DNA of 64,000 nucleotides from Chiloscyllium plagiosum. Lineage: Eukaryota. This document shows positions 38,450-49,241 of the stretch, in pieces. Position numbers and translations under genes: made by a program. The DNA lies in contig NC_057752.1 in assembly GCF_004010195.1 (NCBI RefSeq), positions 6,791,003 through 6,855,002 on the forward strand, given 5' to 3'. Under the pieces are notes generated by a model that was given only the letters and a program-made list of their open reading frames with translations, did no database searches and was not told the DNA's origin. The stretch's first letter is position 1. Every line of letters starts with the position of its first letter.

Positions 38450-39560
38450 CCCCCTTTGGCTGTTTTTAAAAAAGGAAGCAGAAAGAAGACAATTCTAAAC
38501 CAATTAGTCTGACATCGGGACAACATGTTGGTGTATTATAAAAAAGTTAATAGTAGAGCACTTGGAAAATAGAAGGGTCAGACAGTTGACACATAAAGGC
38601 AAATTATAGTCAACAAATCTACTAGAATTTTTAAAGGCTGTTAATATAGAGTGGATAAAGGAGAGCTAGTGGAAATGGTTTACTTGAATTTTCAAGCTTT
38701 CGATTAGGTCCCACATTAGCATGTAAAATTAAAGTGCATGGGATTCGGAGTACTGTATTGACATAGAACTAAGTGGCAGACCAAGTGACTAGAGGGGTAC
38801 TGCAGGTGTCAGTGGTTGGATCCCAGCTATTGATGATTTAGATGAGAGAACTAAATGTACCCTCCTAGTCTGCAGGTAAGATAAAGTTGGATCTGCTGGA
38901 TAAGATGCTCCAGTGTGGTTTGGGCAAGTTGACTGGGCAAATGCATGCCAAATAAAGTAATGTGGATAAATGTGAAGTTTTGCACTTTGGTAGCCAAAAC
39001 AGAAGGCACACTTATTATTGAATGGTGATAGATTGGGAAAAGGGAGGATGCAATGAGATCTGGGTGTCCTTGAACACTGGTTGCTGAAAGTAACCATGAA
39101 GTTGTAGCAGGTGGTGAAGAAGGCAAATTATATGTTCGCCTTCATAGAGGAATTGCATACAGGAGTAGGGATTCCTTGGTGAGACCACACCTGTCGTATT
39201 GTGTGCAGTTTTCATCTCCTGATGATGATGATGTGGCTATGGAGTGAGTGTAATGAAGGTTTACCAGACTGATTTCTGGGATGGAAGAACTGATGTGTGG
39301 AGAGAAACTGGAACGGTTAGGAGTATATTCATTGGAGTTTGGAAGAAAGGGAGAATGGTCTTAACAGGGTAAATGAAGGAAAGATATTCCTGATGACCAA
39401 GGAGTCCAGAATGGGGTGGGGGGCACCTACAGTTCTTGGATCAAACGGTATGGTGAGAATGTGGGAGCGGAGTTGGATGATTAGTCATGATTATACTGAA
39501 TTGCAGAGCAGGTCGAAAGAGTTAAATGGCCTACTGTGGCATTGATTTTCTATGTTTCCA
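38450..39560 (+). mobile_element. Decayed CR1 LINE ORF2 and 3' end
   Basis: Degenerate RT blocks (ccaattagtctgacatc, aatgtggataaatgtgaagttttgcactttgg, gtgagaccacacct..tattgtgtgcagttt) and tail aatggcctact. Confidence 0.75.
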
Positions 39561-40013
39561 TCACAAATGAAACTTTGCATCCAGTACACCATCTTTTCCA
39601 TCATAAATACTGTTCTGTAGAATTGTGCTCTTAGCTGAATTTATTATTCCTCAATGGTATAGTTTCTTTCTCTTCCTTGTGATGTTGGTCTTGGTGATAG
39701 GTTGTGGAAGTTATGATTTAATGCAGAATGGAGTTTTGGACCTGGAGCTGGCTGTCAGTGTGTGGCCAACAATCCCATAATGCGTTATTTCGGGATGTGA
39801 TGGAAATGATGGGCTTTTTATTTTTAAAAAAGCTGTTGGCAATGTACTAAGCCCCCTAGGCACTTCATAGCAGTAATGGCAGGGGCAGGAAACAGGCATT
39901 AGGTTGGATGCTTGATTGGGGGGGGAGGAGAGAGGTTAGGAGTTGAAAAGGTAGGTATTACACCAGTGACTGCATGAGGAGAGGGAGAGAGGTGATGGGG
40001 GAGTTGACTAAGG

Positions 40014-40262
40014 TATTGCAGAGCTGAAAATATGTTGCTGGAACAGCGCAGCAGGTCAAGCAGCATCCAGGGAACAGGAGAATCGACGTTTCGGGCATAA
40101 GCCCTTCAGGAATGAGGAAAGTGTGTCCAACAGGCCAAGATAAAAGGTAGGGAGGAGGGACTTGGGAGAGGGGCGTTGGAAATGTGATAGGTGGAAAGAG
40201 GTCAAGGTGAGGGTGATAGGTCAGAGTGGGGTGGGGCGGAGAGGTCAGGAAGAAGATTGCAG
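40014..40262 (-). mobile_element. Penelope-like element 3' end with degenerate hammerhead motif
   Basis: gttgctggaacagcgcagcaggtcaagcagcatccag..aatcgacgtttcgggcataagcccttcaggaa; same end type as at 51410, 61007 and 62990. Confidence 0.8.
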
Positions 40263-41276
40263 ACCCCTGTGGAATGCTGTCAGTGGAAAAGAGGGATGGC
40301 TATTTGGTATCCTAAAAGATGTTCGTAACCATATAGCAATTGTTTATGTTGCACAGGATGGAGGTAAACGTGACATATAAAGTTGTATAACGTAAGTTCA
40401 ACTTTCACCATGGGACCTAAATGTTTGATGTTGGATTGATTGGAGGCTAGAAAAAAGTGATGTAGTTCTCTTAATTAAGGATGGCTGTTCAGGACCAAGA
40501 GAGTATTTTTGTTGGAGCAATCAAATTGTTGAATTAGTTTGGATAGAGCTAGGAACTTGTGAAGGTAAAAGGCAAATTATTGCAGTGTTTTATAGCCCCT
40601 CTAGCATTTGATTTATTGTTGTATGTAATGAGATATAGTGAGAAGTATAATTTTGCATGCTGTACAGGCAGATTGTTCTGCGACCTGATTCATTTTATAT
40701 GGTACAGAGTGAAAGATGCAGTGGTACAGTGGCAGAGAGAGTTACACCAAGTCAAACCATATTTTAAAAAAAGATATTTCAATCACTGACTTTTAATCTA
40801 CATTAACAGTGGGAGATTGGCAACTTAGAAAAGGAGTGTGTTGCTGGGACAATTTCTTAAAGCGTTCTCGAGCCAGCCAGGGAAAAGGATATCCTGAGCC
40901 CTCAGGATGTGCGGCAAGCCAAAATTCATCAGTAACCCATAGTAAAGGAGCTTCTCGTTGATGGTGATCACATGATGATATAATTTCATTTTCAGTTTAA
41001 AAGGGAGAAGTGTGGATCCATGACACTCTCTTTAAAATCAAAGATATGAAGACACGGCTGGCTAAGGGGAACTGGAAATCCATGTTAAAAAGGTAAGTGA
41101 GGTTCAGTGGCAGATTTGAAATATTTCCCAATTGTCATGACCCACGGGTGGTGCTCTGGAAGCCAGCACCATTGTTATTGTTATTGGATCTGGATGTACA
41201 TTTGCTCGCTGAGCTCGAAGGTTCGTTTTTATGAAACTACAAATCTCAAAACTCGCTAATTGTTTTTGGAGTGGTG

Positions 41277-42000
41277 ACAAACAGACCCTTCAGTCCAACT
41301 CGTCCATGCCGACCAGATATCCTAACCCAATTATAGTGCAGTACAGGCTCTTTGGCTCTCGATGTTGCGACAACCTGTGAAACCAATCTGAAGCCCATCT
41401 AACCTACATTATTCCATTGTCATCCATATGTTTGTCCAATGACCATTTAAATGCCTTTAAGGTTTGCTATTGTTGTAGGCAGGGTGTGCCATGCACTTAC
41501 TCTGTGTAAAGAACCTACCTCTGACATCTGTTCTATATCACCCATCAATTTAAAGTTATGTCACCTCATTCTAGCCATCACCATCTCACTGTGCACCTAA
41601 TCTGATCATCTCGTATGTCTCTATTCAGTCGCCCCTCAACCTTCTCTTTAACAAAAACAGCCTCAAATTCCTCCGCCTTTCCTCCATACCATCTAGTCCC
41701 ATTTGCCAGCACTTGGCCCATCACCCTCTAAACCTTTCTTATTCAGATACCTATCCAGATGCCTTTCAAATGTTGAAATTGTACCAGCTTCCGCCACTTC
41801 CTCTGGCAACTCATTCCATACACGTACCACCCTCTGTGTGAAAAGGTTGCCCCTTAGGTCCATTTTATATCTTTCCCCTCTCACCCTAAACCTATGCCCT
41901 CTAGTTCTGGACTCCCCCACCCCAGGGAAAAGAGCTTGACTATTTACCCTATCCCTGCTCATGATTTTATAAACCACCTCCTATAAGGTCACCTCTCAGC
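41277..42000 (-). mobile_element. CR1 3' fragment with a second CR1 subfamily nested at about 41333-41690
   Basis: ORF ..GESRTRGHRFRVRGERYK..FTQRVVRVWNELP. Its tail is split between cctaacccaat and ctagtccc by the tail of the 28260-type family. Confidence 0.85.
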
Positions 42001-42049
42001 AGAAACAAAGAAAACAAATTGCTGGAGAAGCTCGGCAGGTCCAGCATGT

Positions 42050-42887
42050 CAGAGGGAGATCACGTCCAACAAATCTTATCAATTTTTTTTCCCCAAGGTG
42101 ACCAGATGTGTAGATGAAGGTAGTGCAGTTGATGTACTTTATATGGGTTTCAGCAAAAGCTTTGACAAGGTCCCGCATAGGGGATTGATAAAGAAGGTGA
42201 AAGCACATGGGATCCAAGGTATTTTGATGTATTGGATCCAGAATTAGTTTATTGACAGTTAACGGGAGTGGTGATGGGCTATTTGTGACTGGAAGCAGGT
42301 GTCCAATGGCATACCATAGGAATCTGTATGTGTGTGTGTATATGCCACAAAGATTGGCCAGGTGGTTGGTAGTGAGGATGAATGTGTTGGGTTACAAGAG
42401 GATATACGTGGCTTGGTCAGTGGTAGAATTTAACCCTGAAAAGTGTGAGGTGATGAAATTTGGAAGAAGTAACAAGACAAGGGAGTACTCAATGGCAAGA
42501 TACAAGAAAGCTCAATGGAACAGAGGGATCTTAGGGTGCTTGTCCACAGATCTTTTGAAAGCAGCAGGACAGGTTAATAGGGTACAGTTAAGATCGCTTA
42601 TGGGGTGCTTGCTTTTATCAGTTGTGGCATAGATTATAAGAGTAGAGAGGTTATGTTGGAGCTGTATAGACTTTGGCTAGGCCACAGCTCAAATACTGTG
42701 GTTTTTCTTGATATATTAATGATCTAGATCTTATAGTGCAGGGTACAATTTTTCATGTTTGTAGGTGATACAAAATTTGGAAGCATTGTAAACTGTGACA
42801 ATGTAAAATTACAAAAGGACATTAAGTTGGTGGTGTGGGTAGAAAGGTGGCGGATGAAGTTCAATGTGATGAAGTATGAGTTGACAT
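42050..42887 (+). mobile_element. Decayed CR1 RT fragments
   Basis: tttcagcaaaagctttgacaaggtcccgcat (FSKAFDKVPH-like) and EFNPEKCEVMKFG. Confidence 0.75.
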
Positions 42888-43723
42888 TATGATTCTAACT
42901 GATCGTACTACTAGACGTGTCAGATCACAATGAAATCTGGCTTGATAGTCTTGTTTTGTTGAATTAGTTAATATGGTGATCAGTCACTGCCTATTTCTTT
43001 AACAGCAGATGTTTATTACACAAAATATATTTTTTTAAAAATAAGGGCTATTTAAATGTGTATGAAGCCTGATCTCACTGCTGAGCCGAGCCAAATTTCA
43101 ATCTGTTTCCCGACACTATCCGTTACAGAGACTAGAGTCCGGTGAAATGACGCCCCAAGCTGAATTCTTTAGTGTTCTACTTAAACTGATTCGTTCCAGG
43201 TTATTTCCCATGGACTGTCGAGACAATTCAATGAGTCCTTTCCAAATCTGCTGATATGAACTTTCTCACCATCTGCTGGCCTAACCTTTTGCAATTCTAA
43301 TAATCTGGAGGTTTCTAACTAAGCTCTCCTGGTTTGGAAATTTCACACTCAACATTTCTGCTGAGGTAATTTATTCCCTGAACTCTTCTCCTCAGAGAGA
43401 AACTAAACTAACTTCTAAACCCAACACTGATATATTTTCTGAACTGAACTGAAATATTGGCTTCTGAACTGATTTTTAAAAACAATGCTTATCCTAGATT
43501 CTTTTAAACTGAAACCAAAACTAAAATGGCCTTGCGTGTTTACTTGTTGTAAACACCACAGTATAAACCTCTTTCCATTAACACCACAGGATTTGCGACT
43601 ACTTGCTGTTCTAGAAGAACATTCTGATCTTTTTTGTTAAAGAAAGCCCTTCACAAAAATAACTAACACTCTATGCCAATATTTTGAAATCTAAATATCA
43701 AAAATGATATTCCTTTCAAAACA
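42888..43723. mobile_element. Probable solo LTR inserted into a CR1
   Basis: 836 bp of unrelated sequence splits a CR1 motif (gag ttg acat | atat tttagtag). Ends are TAT...ACA (near-canonical TGT...ACA) with an imperfect 4-bp duplication ACAT/ATAT. Confidence 0.45.
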
Positions 43724-44062
43724 ATATTTTAGTAGAAAAACATGGAGAAAGTACCTTGTTTTTAAATTTTATATTATTTCAGAGGGTGTGCAGGACTGGA
43801 GAGACCTGTGAGTATGTGTGCATAAGTCATTAAAGGTGGCAGGGCAAGTAGAGGGAGCAGTTAATGAATCCCAAGATACTGTATATTTTATTAATAGCTG
43901 AGTACAGGAGCAATAAGGTGCTGTTGAGCTTGTGTAAGATAACAATTAAACCTCAGCTAGTGTTGTATATAGTTCTGTATGCCACATTTCAGGAAGGATG
44001 AAAATGCAGAAGAAGTTTGTGAAAGTTTCGCGTCCCTGGATCTAAAGAAAATACATTAGAGA

Positions 44063-44465
44063 AGTTTTCCCTGGAGCATTGGAGGCTGAGGGGTTACCTT
44101 TATAGAGATTTTATAAAATCATTAAGGGCATGGATAGGGTAAATATACAGTCTTTTCCCTGTGGTGGGGAAGTCCAGAACTAGAGGGCATGGGTTTAGGG
44201 TGAGGGGGAAAGATTTATAAGGGACCTAAGGGCAACGTTTTCACACAGAGGGTGGTGTGTGTATGGAATGAGCTGCTAGAGGAAGTGCTGGAGGCTGGTA
44301 CAATTACAATATTTAAAAGACATCTGGATGGGTATATGAATAGGAAGGGTTCGAGGGATGTGGGTCAAGTGCTGGCAAATGGGACTAGATTAATTTAGGA
44401 TATCTGGTTGGCATGGACGAGTTTGACTGAAGGATCTGTTTCTGTGCTGTACATCTCTATGACTA
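44063..44465 (+). mobile_element. Young CR1 3' fragment nested in an older CR1
   Basis: Close match to 54620-55010 (agtccagaactagagggcat..gtatggaatgagctg..ctgtacatctctatgact). Confidence 0.88.
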
Positions 44466-44599
44466 TTTGGATAGAAACAATATTTAGGATTACGGGCAAA
44501 AGCTAGGAAAATAGCATAAAGTCATAATGTTTGTTCAAAGTGCAGTGAAGACACGATGGGCTGAACAGCCTCTAATAAAAAGTCTACAATTTAGAATTA

Positions 44600-46680
44600 A
44601 AAGGAGGGACACTGAACTTCATGTATTAGGTAAGATCCTATCAGAAATGGAATAAAAAGAAGAGCAATGCAAAGGAAGAAGAAAGGAAAAGAGAATTGGA
44701 AATAAAGTTTGAATTTGATTGTGAGGAGAGGGAATAACCAAAGAAAAAAGAAAAATGGGGAAATTGAATGTATGATGCTTGAACTCCAATTAATGATCGA
44801 ATCAGACAACAGCTAAGAGTAAAGGGAAAAAGAGATCATAACTCAGGATGATTCAGATTCCAGTGAATGAATGATTTAACTAGAAATCTATGGTTAGTGC
44901 TTAAATATATGGAGGTAGAGTTGGAAGATATTTCACCTCATTTTAAAAAGGTACTTGGACAGACAAAGCGGTCAAAAGATGCTTGGTTCTCTGTGCTGGA
45001 GTGTTTCTGATGGTATAGCTATGAATATACTGTATAAACCAATTTGTCAGAAGAACAATCTGCAGACTATGAAATGGGTAAAAAATATACAATTCAATGT
45101 TTTTGAACTTGTCCCTGAAGCTTATTAGTTTAAAATGTAAGATGCAAGGACAAAATCTAATCACGCATTCTTAGAATATACAAGAGAAAAAGAAATTGAG
45201 ATCAATAGTTTCAGTCTCTGACGTTAGAGAACATTTTTGAGTGCAAGGGAAATTATGATTCTAAAGGAATTCAGAAATAGTACCCAAGTAAACCACAAGG
45301 CTTATTTAAATGAGCATCACATATTAAAGGTCAGAGAATAAGCAGTTCTTGCAGATACTGATATCCCATAGACTATTACGTGCATGTAGATGGTCATATG
45401 GGAATCTGCAAAGAAATTGGAGGAATAGAAACTTTGCAGATGGAAGAGTTCAGTTTAATACCTGCAACAAAGGAGCACCATAATAATAAAGGAGAAAGCC
45501 TATAATCTAAAAACAATATAAAGAAAATAATACACTTCCATTGTAATAAGGCTGGACATACAAAAGCTAATTGTTGGCAGTTAAATGGGAGACTAATTGC
45601 AGTACTAAGAATGCTTAAGAAATTCTCAGAAAATGTGTATTAGGAAAGAAAATGAGTGTTAAAATGATGTCTATTAAAAATGAAGCAATGAATCTGGATA
45701 ATCAGGAATATGTTTCCTCACCTTTTGGTCAAAATTCAGACCATGAGAGGTTCTGAATATTTTATTTCAAAAGGAGTGGTAGTTCCTTATTCTTTAAATT
45801 GAAGAGAGAAACTAATGGACACTAGTTAATCACTTGTTGGCTAATTATACAACTTTTCTTCTAGAGAGCCAGTGAAGGAGAAAATAGTATCTGGAGGTAT
45901 ACACCATGTCCATCAGGTAGTAGTCCCATCTGAGTATCATAACAAACATTGAGTGGCTCATTTGGTATTAATAAAACATGGGTTAATATATCAAAACATT
46001 CTTATTGGCCAAGATTACATAAAGATGTCATTTTTTGCCAAACATGCAATACATAGGGTAATAGGGAAAACCCATCTACACCTCTAATTCTGATATTAGC
46101 TTTCAACAATCATGTTAATGGGGTCTTAATAGATTATGTAGGACCCTTACCTAAAACTAGGAGCAGGCATCCGTATATTTTAACAATTATGAATGTGATT
46201 TCCTGAAGCAGTGCTTTTGGGGAAAATTATGGTAAAAGTGGTCATGAAAATGTTTTTCGGTTTTTTTAAATGAGATGACACAAAATACAATCAGATCAGG
46301 GTTCACATTTTATGTGACAAATATTCAAAGAGATAATAGTTTAGGAGTAAAACGACTTATGTCTTCAGTTTAATACCTGGAGTATTGGAAAGATGGCATT
46401 AAACTTTGAAGAGCAGGATCACAACTTATCAGAAATGTCCTATTGAGGAGAATAAAGGAATTCCTTTGTTACTGTTTACTGTAAGATATGTCCTAAATGA
46501 GTTCATGGGATTCAGTCCTTTTAAACTGACATGAACATGAGGTGAGAGCTGCTTTAATTGATTGAAGAAAAAAATGTATAAACAAAGCTCGGAGACTACA
46601 CTTCCAGCCTATGTTTAAAAGTTTCAGAAAGAAACTAACCAAGCCGTGAGAGTTGCCAAAAAACATTTGTAGTGAGTACT
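44600..46680 (+). mobile_element. Decayed Gypsy (Gmr1-like) LTR retrotransposon: gag and integrase remnants
   Basis: gag motif FELVPEAY at about 45100. Integrase remnants HQVVVPSEY, HFGINKT, YWPRLHKDV, CQTC, VLIDYVGPLPKTRS..YILTIM and IQSDQGSHFM at about 45900-46320, with many stops and frameshifts. Confidence 0.8.
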
Positions 46681-46827
46681 CCAGACAATAGAGAATCAGC
46701 TAGTATCAATAAAATGTTAGATAATACGACGGGACTATAGTCAGGATAGACCTGTAGAGCTGCCTCCTCTGTTTAGCACGCAAGAACAGCGTGTGTTGTA
46801 ACTTAATCAGGTTGATACCTTGCTTTG

Positions 46828-46930
46828 GGGCAAAAATAGAAATTGCTGGAAAAGCTCAGCAGGTCTGGCAGCGTCTGTGGAGAGAAGTCAGAGTTAACGT
46901 TTCGGGTCCAGTGACCCTTCCTCAGAACTT
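46828..46930 (-). mobile_element. Penelope-end fragment carrying a well-preserved minimal hammerhead motif
   Basis: gaaattgctggaaaagctcagcaggtctggcagcgtctgtggagagaagtcagagttaacgtttcgggtccagtgacccttcctcagaact. Confidence 0.8.
46892..46929 (-). ncRNA. Minimal type I hammerhead ribozyme motif
   Basis: The minus strand reads AGUU-CUGAGGA-A-GGGUC-ACUG-GACCC-GAAA-CG-UU-AACU: both core boxes, 5-bp stem II, 4-bp stem I, self-complementary ACGU in place of stem III, and a GUU triplet. Confidence 0.7.
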
Positions 46931-47092
46931 CATTTTGAGTCATCTGGTCTGAAGATGATTTTCAGTGCTCGATATTCTGGTATTATTCCACAACTGGTCA
47001 CTAGATGGAGCATCAGCAAAAGCGAACGGTCCCAATGGGGCCCACTGCATCGGGGATATCAGGGGCACCAACCCATATTCTAACATCAAATC

Positions 47093-47418
47093 CTGCAAAT
47101 GCTGAAAATCTGAAACAAAAACAAAGTAGTGGAGAAATTCAACAGGGCTGGCAGTATCTGTGGAGAGAAAAACAGTTAATGTTTTGAGTCTGGTCCTGAA
47201 GAAGTCATATCAGACTTGAAACGTTGACTCTGTTTCTGTCTACACTATGATCTTTTACTATAAATTCTGAGTCCTATCCTGCCCCCTTAGCTACCTGACG
47301 GAGCACCGCTCCGAAAGCTTGAACTTCCAAATAAACTATAACCTGCCGTGTGAATTTTAATTTTGTCTACAGATGTTGCCAGACCTGCTGAGTTTCTTCA
47401 GCATTTCCTGTGTTTGTC
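47093..47418. mobile_element. Palindromic Penelope-derived element with a different retroelement end nested at 47245-47363
   Basis: Inverted arms as at 23783 and 34833. The insert is flanked by TGTCTACA (47237-47244, 47364-47371). Confidence 0.75.
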
Positions 47419-48899
47419 TCCCATTCTACCAGTCCTATGGGAATATTCTTTCTCTTTATTGTGTAATAATTAAGCAAAGCTTTTTTTTCTTTGAGCACTT
47501 TTTCAATATCAGCCGCAATCGTTCACGAAATAAGATCTTCGTTTGTAGTTTAATAGCTCATGGCATTTTCATTCTTGTCCTCCGGGTGTCGCTAATGAGG
47601 TGAGCTTTTATCGCCCAATTTTAATTTCCCTGATTTGACGCAAACTTTCTTCAGTGTCATTGAATGATGCAGCTGGAGGGTGGTCATTCGGCCCATCAGT
47701 CCTCCTGAGTCCGAATATGTGTGTGACAATGCAGTTTCATATAGCCCAGATTGGAATTCCTTTGCTGAGGTTATTAGTTAAGTCGGTAGGGCTCCTTGGA
47801 TGCTGCCTGAACTGCTGTGCTCTTCCAGCACCACTAATCCATTTTCTGAAACACCCAACTTTTCGTGATGTGTATCTTTTTTAAGCTTGGTTGCAGCATT
47901 TCATCTTCAGATTTTTCTAAACGGAATTCAAAATCACAAACCACTAACGCTCATATTGGATAGTACCAGTCCGGTACTATAACCGTGGCAGTATAGCATT
48001 GTTCATATGTTGGAGGTGACATTTCACTCTTCCTAATCAATTTATAAAAGTATTCCATTTTTTGAAATAAAACGTTGGCAGTGCCCTCAGTTCTGAAAGT
48101 CATACCGGACTCGAAATATTTGTTTCTCCACAGATGCGGACTTTCTCTTACAGTCTATGTATAACAGCGCCTTGCTAATTCAGTTCACTGAGTATCTATC
48201 GATAGTGACTATACTTCATATGGGTGTTAAGCACTTTGGGACATGGATGGCGGTACATAGATTGCACGTATGTCTGTTTTAAACCATATAAACTGGGCAG
48301 TCTAGGGTTTCCCCTTGGCTGGTGCAATAATGGAGGGCTGACGGTTGTCCTCCGTGGTTCTCAACCGGGGAGGAATAAAATCAGCCAATGTTCACACTCC
48401 TGAGCCTTCCCCTGCTCAATCACAGGACTGTAATCCACTTTTAACCCGCGTCTTAAGGACAGTAGCGAGAGCAAGAAATGTAGGGAGCTACATTAGCGGC
48501 ACTGTTTTTAGTTGATTGTATATGTGTATTTAATGTACAGCATGTTAGTTCGGGGCCATCGTGCAGAAAGTGTTACATTTCAGGATGTAAGAAACGTGAA
48601 TAGCGATTGCAAATGTAAATCAGTTTGTTCATGAATCCAGCAAGAATCCCCACTCCTTTCATTTCAGCTTTCAATTTCCTTGGGCTCCCGGCATTTAAAT
48701 AAACTGCAAACTAATGTATTTGCTATAAAGGGATTGATGAAGTTGGCAACTTTTTTTTGGTAAGTGTTTCTCAAAATGCGACCGTTTAAATAATCGGAGT
48801 CTCTTCACAATATTAACAGCTCAATTCCCATCTACTTTCGTAAATTGTCCCCTTGCTTTCTGAAACGACTGTAGATATCTTTGTGGTGCAGTTTCACAC

Positions 48900-49174
48900 C
48901 TTCCTAGTGATGCGATTGGCCTCAGAAAGCTGGAGAGCAGCCAATCTCATGTGTCATATCAGTCCAATGTAATTGATAGTACTCAGCGTGAAACTGACTG
49001 GAAGCGGGTTGCACGAGTTACTTACTCAAGAGTGGAAATTAGAAACTTTGAAAACATTTCCCAAAGTTTTCAAAAGCTGGATTCTCGATGCTATCGCCGT
49101 CTGCTTGAAAAAAGGCGATGGAAGTAATTTCATAGGGGCAGGAAATTAAAGAAAAGAGCGCATTTCTGGACAAG
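48900..49174 (+). promoter_or_regulatory. Putative ERBB3 promoter/5' UTR with three clustered CCAAT boxes
   Basis: GATTGGC (48914-48920), AGCCAATC (48939-48946) and GTCCAATG (48962-48969) lie within a locally CpG-enriched, repeat-poor zone (about 48300-50000) upstream of the signal-peptide exon. Confidence 0.55.
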
Positions 49175-49241
49175 ATGACCAAGTTACAGGTGTTGGAAAT
49201 ATACTTAGTGTGGATTGTAAATGGTGTTACCTCACAGTCAG
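49175..49241 (+). CDS. ERBB3: Probable ERBB3 coding exon 1 (signal peptide)
   Basis: aagATG gives MTKLQVLEIYLVWIVNGVTSQS plus one G, then donor GTAGGT (phase 1). The hydrophobic leader contains LQVL and ends in SQS|V, as in ERBB3/ERBB4 first exons (..SQA|V, ..SQS|V). ERBB3 follows IKZF4-RPS26 in mammals. Exon 2 was not found in the window. Confidence 0.75.
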
